Shown piece after piece: positions 23,969 through 36,605 of a stretch of DNA of 64,000 bases. A program made the translations under genes and the position numbers. The DNA comes from Camelus dromedarius. Lineage: Eukaryota. How positions within the stretch are numbered: position 1 is the stretch's first letter; every line of letters starts with the position of its first letter. The notes beneath the pieces are model-generated. The model made no database searches, had not been told where the DNA came from, and saw only the letters and a program-made list of their open reading frames with translations. The DNA is taken from positions 59,646,001 to 59,710,000 of the forward strand of contig NC_087437.1 in the NCBI RefSeq assembly GCF_036321535.1. The letters run 5' to 3'.

Positions 23969-26094
23969 ACAGGACACAAATTTTTTGCATCCAGTGTCAA
24001 GATTCTAACAAGGACTGGTTGTGACAGTGTCCTTTGGATATGCTCCGTAAAGTCGGATTTTGCCTGCTCCAGGACCCCAATTTGTCCCACCCCACCCACA
24101 GGTGTTCTCAGGGTCCCTCTTAGCAGGCCAGCAGATGGCACGGCTCCACACCTTTCCTTCCGAGACCAGCCGCAGTAAATGGGTGAGGCTGTCTCACTCA
24201 CTGCCTGCTTACTCTGGCCCTTTCTGGCACGTGGTCTCCTTGCCCAGACTCAGGTCCTCAACATCTTTGCAAATGATCTTCAAAGCATCAGCTGGGGTCC
24301 TTAAGCATCAGCCCTTGTCTTCCTGAGAAGGAAAAGACCCTTAGGCTTCTGAACCCTCCAAAGCTCCTAATGCTTCAACAAGCATCACCAAAATGTCTTC
24401 TGCTATGACTTTGTCCAATGAAATCCTCTGGAAGTTAAACGGCAAGTTCACTTTAGTCAAGCCAACACCACACACATTCACGGTGGCAGCTGCAACAGTG
24501 CGAGGACCATTCAGGGCCTGCGTCACACCTTCGGTCCCTAAACACGGTGTCTGCTCTCATCCCCAGAACTCTGACTCAGTAACTCCAGCCTTCCCGTCTC
24601 CAGCCAGAAGGTGAGGTTAGGTCAAGCGAGCGGTTCACAGAAGGCTAAGAAACCAATTCACTGAGAGCCAATTTACAGAACTCAATTTGCCAAGAAAACC
24701 TTTCACCAAATGTATCTAATTTACTTACTGGAATGCTCAATGGGAATATTTAGCATCACTCACGGGAATCTTAGATTTTGGTAACTGACGATAAGGACAC
24801 AGAAAAGTACATTTCAACAGCAGCAACCAAAGATCAGCTTTCCTGTTGGAATTCTTTAGTTGTTACTGATATTCTGGATGAGATTGTTTAGGTTACTGCT
24901 GACTTCTTTCAAACATTCAAAAATCTAAATTTGGATTACCATCCGTTGGATGGATCCATCTCTAGAAAAATTCAGAGCCCTCAGTCACAAGCCACCCAGA
25001 ACACATGCCCTCACACCTCATCTCTGGGGGTCCCGCCTCTTCAGCGCCTATGCCCCAGGCTCTGTCCGTGGGGTGAGGGTCTCAGCAACAGTTGTCCAAT
25101 CCCACTGGCTCTGGTAGGCCAGGCGGTCTCCACTGGCAGATGAGGAGACTCCCAAGATGCTGTGCAATAGCTGGGCCCTGCCGGCCAGCTGCTAGGGCTA
25201 ATCCTCCCCCTTTAAGGGAACAGGGTTTGAAGGGTCAGGCAGCCTGCAAGTCCCCTCCCTTGCCTCTTCCCCTGGAGAGGCTGGAACTGGTAAATACTTG
25301 CTCTCCCGGGTGCCCTTTCATCCGGGGTGGCCATGTGACCCAGCCCTGATAACCACACAGAGATCTGCTAAGGGGGTCCTGAATGGTGGTGAGCAGGGCG
25401 TGGGGACAGTGAGAGCAGTCCTCTGTGGATACAGAAGGAAGGGGGCGGGGTGCATTGTCCATAGAGAATGTCAAACAGTCCTAGAACCAACTGTAAGTCA
25501 GTCTGCCTTTGCCTCTCACCATGCACTGGCCATCCTGAACAGCGGCAGTGGTATGATACCCTCACAGCTGGAGCAGATTGCTCCCCCTGCTACACCCACA
25601 TCCCCCTCCAACCTGCAAGGGCTCCTGGACTAGTAGAGATGAACCCGTACACATATGATGGGCAGAGCCTGCTCTAGATTCTAAGATGGAAGGAGACGTC
25701 AGGCTGTGCAAATCACTCAGGGCCACTTTCAGGGAGAGTGACGATGTCCCCTTCCTTCAGTCAGCCCCAGGTCTTTATAAAAGCAGCCTCATTAGTGAGT
25801 GCAGTGACCCCGGTTCCCCTGTCATTTCCTAAGAGCCTCAGTGCTTCAGACATTCAGGGCCTGGGGCAGTTCACATCCCTTTCTCCTGCCTGTGCTCAAG
25901 CAGCAGCTGAGAGAAGGAGCCTCTGCATCTGCCGGTCAGATGCTGGCTGGTGCCTGCCGTGCCTTCATCCTCACTTCTTATCCAGGTGCCCCACCCCTTC
26001 CTCTAGGCTCAGGACCAGGAAAGCTTCCAGGACCACCGTCTCCAGGTTCCCTCAGCAATACCCATTTGTACAGCTGATCCAGCACCTTGAGGCA

Positions 26095-26260
26095 GGGAGG
26101 CCCAGTGTGACTAGGACTCAGGAGACCTGGGCTCTACTGACCTCCTGTACTAGTCTGCTGGTCGGCTGTGTGTCCTTGGATAAATCACTCTCTCTTGCTG
26201 AGCCTCAGTTTCCTGGCAGTAAAACCAGAAGGCCATACGGGGTGAAACCACTCTGACATT
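26095..26260 (+). mobile_element. MIR/MIR3 SINE
   Basis: GCTGTGTGTCCTTGGATAAATCACTCTCTCTTGCTGAGCCTCAGTTTCC. Confidence 0.8.
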
Positions 26261-27314
26261 CTCCTCCCATCCCAGCCTGCTCTTCCCCTTCTTTTACATA
26301 TCTGTCTGTTTTTTATAAAAACCATAACATGGTATTGCTCTAAATTTTTAAACATGCTTTAAAATGTTGAGAAAATAATATACTAGTTATATACTTTCTA
26401 AAGATTTTTTGAAAAATGATTCCATTTCTCTTTATACAAGGATTGGAAAGCTCATCTTCAGTGGGTTAGAGAAGGATTTGTAGCTTCCTAACCACTTCAC
26501 TCCTAATTTAATCCATTTTGGATCTTGGTAGCTTTAGCTTATCTCACAAGTCAATGTGGATAATTAAGACAGAAGTCATGCTACCTCCTGGAGTTGAGCT
26601 ATTTTCAGTGACACAGCTTCTAATTTTGCCAAATGCAATGCCATTACTTGCCCTAATTGTTGGGCACCTAGCATGTACTTGAAGGAGATGCCAGTGCTGA
26701 TAACTTGTGGCCGCTGAGTCAAGCTGTAGGGGCTGGTTTAGGCACTGAGCACAGCTGAAGGCTGCACCCAGGACAGCAGCAATGCTTCAGGGTGACCCGG
26801 TCCTCACCAGCTGCAGGAAGGACCCCACCCACTGGGCAGAGTGCACTCCAAGGACATCAGAGGCAGAACCCCAGGGGAACAGGGGGAAAGATAAAGACCC
26901 AGCACATAGACTGAGAGAACAGGGCAATCCCAGCCACCCAGAATGGTGCATACTGCTTATTTGGAAAATGCATGATCTTTTCCAGGTACTGAGGCCCATC
27001 AGGGAACTTTATGTCCAGCAGTGCAATGGCCTGAAGGGGGCATGATGGGGCATTTGACGTCCAGTCAAGGTAGTGATCTGAGCTGACGAGGCAAGACCCC
27101 TTCCTGTACCAAATACAGAGAAATGCTAGGTAAAATACCAAAAATGAGATTTCTGAAACTAAAACCAAGATCAGAAGCTAAATAAATCTGTAGGTGCTTG
27201 AAGAGGAGATTCACAGTGATGATCAGGAGTTGAACCCACCCTGCATATGCTTTAGAGGCTGAGTTGTTTTGTGTGTGTATCAAAACTTATATTGAATTGA
27301 ATATGCAATCTGTC

Positions 27315-27577
27315 TTTTTAAAATTAAATTAGTGTATAATTTACATTCAGTAAAATTCATCCTTTTAAATAGAGTACTATGAGTTTTGACAAATGCATTC
27401 AGTCATGTAACTACTACACCAATTAAGGCACAGGACAGTTCCATCACCCCTTAAACTCCCATCTGCCCTTTATAGTCAACCCCTTCCACCACCTCCTTTT
27501 TCTGGCAACCACTGATCTATTCCTGACTCAATAGTTTTGCCTTTTCCAGGATTCCATATGAATGGAATCATACAGTC
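27315..27577 (-). mobile_element. L1MB-type 3' UTR fragment
   Basis: TATAATTTACATTCAGTAAAATTCATCCTTTTAA...ATGAGTTTTGACAAATGC...CTGGCAACCACTGATCT...AATGGAATCATACAGT. Confidence 0.85.
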
Positions 27578-29939
27578 TTTACAGAGACTATAGTTTAAAT
27601 TCTCACCTATGGAGGGATATCAAAGATGCAGTCTTGCAAATTGGAGAGATACTGGAACAAAGCTCCTTAAATAAAGCCAGGAGTCAGGAAAGGGCTTCTC
27701 TATTTGGGAGCCGAGATTAGAAAAACTCTGCTTACTGACCCAAATATTAGGCACAAAAGTGGGCCGCTTAACTTGGCCTGTGCTGAAAATAGTCACCTAT
27801 GAGATATCTAAACCTCTAGTGTGTGTGATACAAAGATGTAGACAGGTATTCTCATACAATCAGCATGATGTGAATGTCCTGATCCAGAAACTGTTTATCC
27901 CTTAGACACAGCTGAGTTAATCCCAATATCACACCATAGGAATAGTCCCACAATTGAAGCATATGTAGGACCCCTACAGAAGACAATTCCTCACCCCCAA
28001 AATTACAAAGTGTGCAAGAAAATGTATCTCGGCCACAAGAAAAAGTGTCAGAAGCCTGGATTCAAACACCTCTCCACCTTCAGCCCACAGCCCCCAGTTC
28101 CAAGGAAAGGCTGCCCAGGGACTGACTGGTGGGCAAACCTTTCCACACTGATCAGGGTGGATAGATGGGCAGCCAAGCAGAGGGAGGGAGATGGGTGCTG
28201 ACTGTGCTGAGGACCCACTCCGGAAAATATCCCTCCCCATCCCAGCCCCCGTGTTTCAAATTCTTCAGGCACTGGAATCTTCTCGAAGGAGTGGCTCATT
28301 ACAAAAATGAAAAGAAAAGAAACAGCCCAAACCATTTCTCATCTGAGGGCTGCAGTCAACACAGGAAAATTAAATTTTTAAGGAAGCAAGTGATCTTTGG
28401 CTGGGAGGATACCAAGAGGGTCCCAAAACCCCTTCAGTCCTCAGGATCCAATTAGCTTCCCTTTGGGTCACTGGGCTCTTCGGTGAGCTCTTCTCTGGCT
28501 GAGGAAGAGGGCCCTGTGCTTTGATGCCCTCTGCCTGCCTGCCAGGGCCTCTCACTGGGAAATGTCACGTCTACTACCACTCACCCCCTTGCCTCAGCTC
28601 ATAGACCCACTGCTCAGCCGTGACCTAGGCCACGCTGCCGCGGCAGGCCCTCCTAACACTCACCCAGCCTTGACCGTGATCTCCAGATACACCCCACATA
28701 TTCTCTGGGCACACCACCACCAGAAAAAAATCAAACACAGCCTTTACCTTGAAAGAACTCGAGATTAGTGAGGCAGCTAAACTTGCACACAGAAATCTTT
28801 AACATGAGCCAGAATGTGATAAGGGTTTAATGATGCTAAAGCTACCATTTATCACTGGAGCATTTTCTCTGTACTGAGCACTGGCCTAATTCCATTTCCA
28901 ACATGGCCACAATAAGTCTTTGTGAGTCCTTCACCCCAACAGGGTCTGTCCCCCTGCTGTCCTGCCCTGAAGCAGCTGGAAGCTGGGAGGTTCAGGTCTT
29001 CCTCTGAGAATTTCAGCTCAAATGCTCAGCGGATCTGGAATTCACTGGGAGCCAGAAGATGGTGCTCATGTGTTCTCCTGCTTCCTATGGATCGTATGGT
29101 GCAGAGCCCCCTCCCTCCTTGCCTTCTCTCCTCCTTTGCTCCCTGCTCCCCACCTTGGGGCCCTGCTTCATCCTGCAGCTGTCCCCAGGAGCCCTGCCCA
29201 GCAAGTCCCAGTTGTTCTGCATCTTTACTTTTCTCAGAGCCAAACAGATCTCTGTCTTGCTAATACTGACTGCCTTTTGAAGCCTAATTATGATGCTAAA
29301 TGATCACTGCTTTAAGAAGCAGGATAGGATTGGGGGAGAACTGGAGGAATGGGGAGGCACCTGGGATGGGGAGGATGGAGAATTTCTTCTTGTTTCGGCG
29401 TAGAGATTAAAGGACTGAAGGGGGCATTCTGGGGAAACTGGGGCTCGGAATGGTCCAAGCCCAAAGCTACATACCTGATTAGCGGTGGAGCTGGGACCCT
29501 AGCGTTGACTTTATCAGAAAGTGGGTGAGGATGAGAAATGGGATGTGGGCACAACAACCAGGTTGGGCAGGGTCTGCCCCAAGCTGTTCACAATCAGTGT
29601 TCATCGCCCCCTCCCTGCCCCATCAGGACTCCAGGGAAAGCCTAGAATCACTCCGCCAGGGAAGACGACAGGGACTCTGAAGGCTGGGCAGGGAGGCTGC
29701 GAAGTTGCCCCAGGACCAACTTGGCCTCGCTCCTGCCATACACTTCAGCATAACACAAACTTATTCGGGCCTGTGCAAGGTACGGGGCCCTGAGAAGGAC
29801 ACACAGACAGATGAGGCATGCCCCTGACATCCAGGAGTTCACAGCCTCCTGGGGGAGATGGATTGCTGCTATGGAAGCCACATCACCCACAAGGCCTGCC
29901 GTAAGACATCGGGGTCAGTTACCAAGTCAGTGTGATTGT

Positions 29940-30390
29940 GCTGGGCTGGGGTTGGGATTTCGCACTCACGTTTGGCTCCGCCGCCTGGCGCTGTGTTAGC
30001 TCTGCCGATAGGGGGCGCGAGAGGGCGCCTACCGGCTGGAGGCGGGCGAGCCGGCTCGCTCTTTCCTGTTTGTTCCCCGTCTGCTTCCTGTGGGCTTCCT
30101 GTTTCTGTGAGCACCATCCCACCACTATTCTTCCCCGGCCCCAGGCAAGGCCAAAGTGGAGCCCCAGCTGAATCCAGTGTGCAGATTTCCAGCCCGCAGA
30201 ACCCGTTTCATCCCACCCTGTCCCCTAAGAGGCACGGTCCACGGCCAGCTGGCGCCCCTGCTGGGAGGTCTGGTCCCAGACGCTCGGCCCTCGCTCCTCC
30301 CAAGTCTGAGTTCCCGCTCTGCAGGGCCCCTCGGTGCGTCTGAGTGTTCCGTCTGCTCCCTCAGCCAGAGGAACGGAGGCCGCTCCCTGG
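29940..30390. promoter_or_regulatory. Small CpG-island-like element with CTCF-like motifs and ETS cores
   Basis: Densest CpG cluster in the window by eye; CCGATAGGGGGCGC at 30005-30018; GCGCGAGAGGGCGC at 30015-30028; CTTCCTG twice at about 30084-30101. Confidence 0.6.
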
Positions 30391-30659
30391 ACTTGCTGCC
30401 TCTGTCCCATCTCAGGGGTCTCCTTTTACCCCCTTCCGTTACTAGTTTAGTTAACAGCTTTATACGGTGTTTTCTGTTAAATGCTCTCTGTTCCACGCCT
30501 CTCCTCTTCCCCCACCCCCACGCCAAGTGTTTCTGTTTGTAGTAGGAAAAAAGGAAGACAACTCAGTCTTGATAGGGAAGAGTGAACATTGGTGGAGAGA
30601 GAGCTGACATCACCCGGCTGTCAAGCGGACGGACGTGCCCCGTGTCCACTCCACCCCTG

Positions 30660-30756
30660 TCTTTCCCAGTTTCCTGAGCCCCAGGTTCCCCTTTGTGTTT
30701 AAGCAAGTATGAGTTGGGTTTCTGTCACGTTCGACTGAGAGAGCCCTGACTAATAT
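30660..30756 (+). mobile_element. ERVL/MaLR LTR 3' fragment
   Basis: TTTAAGCAAGTATGAGTTGGGTTTCTGTCAC...GAGAGCCCTGACTAATA. Confidence 0.6.
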
Positions 30757-31599
30757 GGCTGAGGCGAAGCGTCTCGGAACTGAGTCGTCTAGAGTCAAGG
30801 TGAGTCAGGACTTCGTCTAGTCAGTTCCTCACCGGGTGCAGCAATCCCCCTGCCACGTCTCCACCACGCAGCAGCCCTGGCAGCGCGGGAACACAGCTCG
30901 CAGGTCCCTCTGGGCAGAAGCAGAGACGCTCTGGAGAATAAAACTAACCCAGACCACAAAAGGCACTATCAGAGATTCTGTTTATGAACGTGCCTAGATG
31001 TTCAGTCAACAGTGGCCGAGCCAGGACCAAGACAGGAGGCAAAATCTGAGGAAACCAAGTAACAGATATCAAGAATATAGTCCAGCTTCCATCCCAGGGT
31101 CCTGAGCGTTAATTCTGCCCCATACGGGTTTTCTCCCTCTCATTTGTGTGGGAAAATGTGTAGATAATATGTGTTGTGTAATTAGAGGATTGTATTAGTA
31201 TTCCTTCTTTCTCTAGTCAGGCTCCTTTTGGAAATGTTGGGCTTCAAAGTTTGCCAAGATAAAAACATTTCTAATCCAGAATACCTTTCTCCTTCCTGCA
31301 GGACCAGGGTCACAGGCACCTTAGAGACCATTTGTTTAGTCCACCCCCTCCATACCCATCCCCAGATGAGGAGATGGAGGCTCCTGACTGAATCATGTAG
31401 CTGGTGACTCTCTAGGTCGGGAACAGAACCCTGGTCTCCTCTCAGAATGTAGGGGTCTGACAGATCAGAAACCTCACAGAACTCAGAGGTCTGGGAGCCA
31501 CCACCCCTCAATGTCAGTCTGACAGGATCTCCTACAAGGCCCTTACATGAGAGACAGGGCTTCTGAGGGTCTTGGGGGCAGTAGGCCTGCAGGGCCATT

Positions 31600-32305
31600 C
31601 TCTCCAGCCATGATCATTTTTTGGGATTTCCCAAGAGTGGGAGCAGACTTACTTTCTATCAGAAAAATAATGGACATTTCAAGGAATACTGTAAAGTCTA
31701 CTGGAAAATAAATTTTGGAATAAATCTCATAAGATAGTGTTCTAAAAATAGGTCAAAATTTACATGACTTTGACCCAATATAATTATTTAATCTATTTTA
31801 TAAGTTATAAAAACAAAAAAATAGCTTAATGTAAGGTTATTGGTAACTTGTAAAGTTTATAAATAATGTAAAGCTAAAATTATAACTTTTTTTTAGGAGT
31901 GAGGAGTATAATAAAAAGCCTACTTTTTTTGAACTCTGATGTTAGCTTTGGGAATATATTAACGAAATAATTCCATTCATTTCATTGGACATTATGATGA
32001 AATTGTTCTATGTATTTAATGAAAGAGAAAAGATAAATTCCACTAAAAAATAATTGGCCCACAGCCAGCATACTTTAAATGAGAGGTAGAAAATACGGAC
32101 ATTTTACAAGATGAAATAAGATGAAGAATGTCTGCACCTGGAATAAATAATTTATAATGTGATTTGATTAAAAAATACCTTTAAACTGCTTTATTGAATA
32201 ATGCACACAGATATGAAAGACATCACATAAAAGTTTTATCTGTATTTTTTTCAGTGTATCTTGAAAAACGTGGCTGTCCTGGAAACATTAGAGTTATATT
32301 TGGGA
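31600..32305. mobile_element. AT-rich remnant of an old DNA transposon (possibly hAT-Blackjack)
   Basis: Abrupt AT-rich block; its end GGCTGTCCTGGAAACATTAGAG loosely resembles Blackjack/MER94 termini. Confidence 0.35.
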
Positions 32306-33244
32306 GATAGAAGAGTTACAGTTCTTAAACAAATATTGTTATTACTTCCACCACTACACTCTTCTCCCATCTGGATTCAGAATAGCCCAACCTGAACCCC
32401 AATTCCCATTTCTAATGCCAGGCTTCACCCTTTAACAGAAATGTGGGAGGGGCCTGGAAAGGCTTTGTGTCCTGAGGGTTTGGGGTGGCTTGATTCATCC
32501 TTTAAAAAGGCCCCCATTTTGTGTATAGCCTGGGAGGTTTCACATCCCTCAGAGGATGAGGGCATATTGAGCTTTCTTATGGTGGAGGGAGGGTTAGCGT
32601 GAAGTCCGATGCATCCCAGGGAGATGAACTTTAGGAAAGCTGAGCATCAGGACATCAAGTCCTTTCAAACCTGCAGTGCTTGAGACTCCGGGATTCCAAG
32701 ACTCCGTGGCTGTGTCTCCTACCTGCAGGGGTTTGCATCCCCCACTATGAATACCACTGCCCTAGGGCACGGGCGTCCAAGATACCATCTAAACTCCTTA
32801 GTCCAGTTCCCGTGGAGCAGCCCTACCTACAAGTCTAGGTCCACTGCCCCTGCTGCCCCACACTCACAGCCTTGGTTTCTACCTTTCTGCCTCCACCATT
32901 TGCTCCAGGCTAGAGGAAGCTTACCCATGTCCAAGATCACACAGGCTGAAATCACCTCGCTGGTGGGAAGGGCTGCCAGACAGCAGGAACCAGCTCCCAT
33001 CTTCGGACCTGCCCTAGGAAAGGACATTGGGTAAGAATTCCCCTTTCTCATCTCCACTGGATTCCCTGGGAATTCTTAAATTACAATCTGTGTTCCTTGG
33101 GGGGAAAATGAGTGCTTTATTCCCATGGCAGTGGAAAATCCACATTGTTTGGCTTTCCTGCTTCCGTGGCAGAATCTTGGAGTGTGCCAGGGGAGGCTGC
33201 ATGACAGCGGCTGTGCGGCTCAGGGGAGGTGCCAAGACACTGAG

Positions 33245-33440
33245 GTCAGAACAGCTGGACGCCAACCTTGGCTCTGCTGCTCATCAGTTGTGTGACTTGG
33301 AGCAAGTCACGTAGCCTCTCCGAGCCCTGATTTCCTTACGTCCAAAACCTGCATGTTGCTATCTAGCCCACAGAGTCTGGGGAGGGTTAATGGGAGTACA
33401 CAGCTAAAGTACCTAACACTGCCTGCAGACAGGAGGTGCC
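33245..33440 (+). mobile_element. MIR SINE
   Basis: GGCTCTGCTGCTCATCAGTTGTGTGACTTGGAGCAAGTCACGTAGCCTCTCCGAGCC. Confidence 0.8.
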
Positions 33441-33702
33441 CTGTGCCATCCAGTCCATCCTGCTGTCCCCTGCTCTTCAGCTTAGGGTCAGCATACTTCC
33501 TCCTACCCTGGGACACGTTCAGGAAGCTGCTACTCATTTCCCAATCTCTAACCCTCAAATCCCGGAAGACAGGCTCAGCTCTCTGGGCTCCCTGTTCCTT
33601 GAGCAGCCCTGCCCTGGCTTTTCTGCCTCCAGCCCCAAAGGCTTCTTCAGACTTCTCAGTCAGTGCCCTTCTCCTGTGAGCCTGGAGCACTGGGTGTTTT
33701 AC

Positions 33703-33704
<2 letters not shown>

Positions 33705-33741
<37 letters not shown>

Positions 33742-33763
33742 CGCGCGCGCACCCCCCCCCCCC
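33705..33763. repeat. Compound (AC)16 - (CG)4 - poly(C) microsatellite
   Basis: Seen directly. Confidence 0.95.
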
Positions 33764-35119
33764 ATGCACACATACCCCAGAGGCTTTCTCCCTTTTGGGC
33801 TGGAGCCAAACTCAGAGAGAAATGCAAAGTACAAAGGAGACGACTCGAATTCATTTTTCACATTCTTCCAGGATCCATGAACTTCAGGGTAATTAGACAG
33901 ATGTGAAATGAATATGGGCTTTTTTTCAACCCTAGGTCTACTTAACTGCTTTGGTTGGGAGAACCATTAATAAATGATTAATGGAAATAGCTTCTGTAAA
34001 AATTGAATTATCTCAGATGTGTTGCAACCTGCTGCCCAGATGCTCTTTAGAGAGTTCAGAATTATTCATGGCTCCAAGTTGACTGTCTTCCTTTACACAG
34101 CAGATAATGCCCCGGGCAGAGGGACTCTCCCCAGAGTCAAGCATTTGGCTAATTGTTAGAGGGAAAAACTAAGGTCAAGATTAAACAACTGGTTCAAAGT
34201 GCCAGAAGCAGCCTGTGTGTGAGCCAGGATGGGAGCCTGGGGGCCAGGGCTTCCTGACCAGTAAGAGCCAGGCTGGTGCCCGATCATCCAAAATATCTCT
34301 TCCACCACCATGGGGATTTAATGGAAGCCAACAAAAAGCCAGGCAAGTGGGGAAAAAACAGGAAGTGTACACACCCCAAAATTCAGCAGGGGTTATCTGC
34401 AGGTGAGCTCACAGTGGAGACTTGGTTTTTGTTTCACTGCACTATTTTCTGTCTCGTTATCGCACTAGCTTTGAAATTAGGAAAAAAGCATTATTTTAAT
34501 GACTCTTGTACAGAACATCTCCAAGCGCACCCGATTATAAAAAGGCAGACAGACTGAACACAGATGATCTGTTTATACCTCTCTCCTTCTCAGGGTGAAA
34601 AATGTTTGGGTTTAAGGTGGGCAGAGATTGCAAGGACCCCCATCACTGCAGGACCAGGGCAGATGACATCAAGAGAGTAGAGACCCTTGCTGCACCGTTA
34701 AGATTGCTCTGCAATGTCCTCTGGAGCTCCCTGGTGGCCTCCAGGGACTTCCCAGCCGGCTTGTGCATGACTGCCAGGCCAGAGACTCCACAGTCAAATG
34801 CGTTTTTCAAAGCCAGGGACAGCACTGCGTCCACCAGAGTGAGCTTGGGGACTGTGGGAAGAACAGGCCGCCCGCCACCCAGACGGTACTAGGAAAGAAA
34901 GGCTTTACTGACCAAAGGTCAGTTCCCAGGCTTCTAGGGCATGAGCTCTCGACTGTTGGAAGCCTCCGAGTTCAGAATTTTACCCCTAGTGGCAAAGTTA
35001 GAGGCTAGGGAACTGCTTTTCTGCTAGAAAGAACTAAACCACCTGTGTCCCCAGGTCTCGCACTTTCTTGCAAGTACCAACTGAGGTCCAGTTTCCACCC
35101 TTTAAAATATAATCCTGCA

Positions 35120-35380
35120 AATTCAGAGTCAGAAAGTGGATTGCCAAGTGGTTATCCAAGGTGTAGTGGTTGCCAAGGTGTAGAGATGGGAATAGGGATG
35201 AATGAACTGTCAGTTGTGCGAAGGACCTTTTTGAGAGTCTGAAAATGTTCTAAAACTGATATATAGTGACGGTTGTGCCACTTGGTAAAGTTACTAAAAA
35301 TCATTGAATTCTATGCTTGAAATGGCTGAATTTTATGATAGGGAAAATACACCACAACAAAGCTGATTTAAAAAAAAATT
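35120..35380 (+). mobile_element. L1MC/MD 3' end
   Basis: GAAAATGTTCTAAAACTGAT...AAAGTTACTAAAAATCATTGAATT...AACAAAGCTGATTTAAAAAAAA. Confidence 0.8.
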
Positions 35381-36321
35381 TTTTAAGCCAAACACCTAAT
35401 ATTGATGTAATCTGCTTCCTGAAAACTCCCCAGCTGCTTTCACTGCATGGAATCAAGCTTGCCCTCCTCAGGACTCCTGGAGCCCCACTGTGGGCTCACT
35501 CCCACGTTAGACCTTACACTGTGATCCTTGTGGCTGTGTCTGCGTCTCCTGTCTAGGTCTCTGACTGCCACACATCCCTGCCTCGGCCACAGGGGCCCTC
35601 ATGTCAGAGACACGGCAAACCCACCTGCAGGCTCAGAACTTCAGGATTCCAGGACTTAACTGGTACCCAAGGCCACATCCACACAGACATGTGTCACTCA
35701 TACTCCAGAGCAGCTCATCTCAGGCCCAGTGGGACAGACAACCCCAAATAGCCCTCAGAGCAGTTTACCAATTTATCTCCCTGCAGTGGCTTGTGAGGGC
35801 CTCTCCACCTCTTCACTCATACTGGCACTATCTGACCATTTCCTTTTTGTCAGGCTGATGAGTGAAAATGGTATGTCATTTCTGTTTAAATTTGCATTTT
35901 CATGATTATTAAAGAGGCTTTCATATACTTCTTGTATTTGATTTTTTTTCTTTCATTAGTTTTTTAATATGAAAACCACAGTTACAAAAACACACATACA
36001 AACTTCAAGCTGAACGCACTTGCTTCATCATCATGTTTACAAAATGGAAACCTGGACTGGAGTGTCAGTATGTCCAGCTGCTCAGATGCCTCCCTGGCCA
36101 GTGCCCTGTGCCCTTGGCTCTTATTTCAGACCCCAGGTTTCTCCCAGGACCACCTCTGGGCTGAGGCTCACACTCTTCTATAACCGCCACCTTCACATCC
36201 TGAGCCCAGCTGCCTGGGAACAATCCCTGCCCAAGAGTTAATGACAGCCAGCCCAGCCCAGCCCCATGGGGCACCTGGCCTAGTTCAAGATCAGGGACAA
36301 TAGACAGTTAACAAGTCCCGA

Positions 36322-36605
36322 GGTTCACTCATTCAATCATTTATTCACCAACTAAAAATATGTATTGCATCAGCCTTGTGCCAGACACCGGACTCGGCAC
36401 AGTGGTGAGTGAGAACTATCACTTGACCTGCCTCCGCAGAGCACACGGTTCCTTGGAAGAGAGACATTAAATGAGCAATTGTACAAATTAATGTAAAACT
36501 GCAACTGGCACAAGTGCCCAAAAGGAGAGGTTGATAGGATGATGAAAACTGGTCAGGAGGTCAGGGAAGGCTTCCTGAGGATACAGTGACTCTGCTGAGA
36601 ACTAG
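36322..36605 (-). mobile_element. L2 3' end
   Basis: TTCACTCATTCAATCATTTATTCACCAAC...TGTGCCAGACAC...GTCAGGGAAGGCTTCCTGAGGA. Confidence 0.8.

Noticed and set aside
24213..24427. Possible minus-strand exon (TTAACTTCCAG acceptor, AGA/GTAAGC donor)
   Set aside because: All three frames contain stops and there is no transcript evidence; it may be a decayed CR1/L3 remnant. A non-coding exon cannot be excluded.
25738..26256. 172-aa ORF
   Set aside because: Its 3' part is MIR-derived, it has a GTG start, and it shows no known domain.
29869..30542. Several overlapping 60-135 aa ORFs on both strands
   Set aside because: Expected from stop-codon scarcity in a GC/CpG-rich patch; the Pro/Arg/Gly-rich translations show no homology I recognise.
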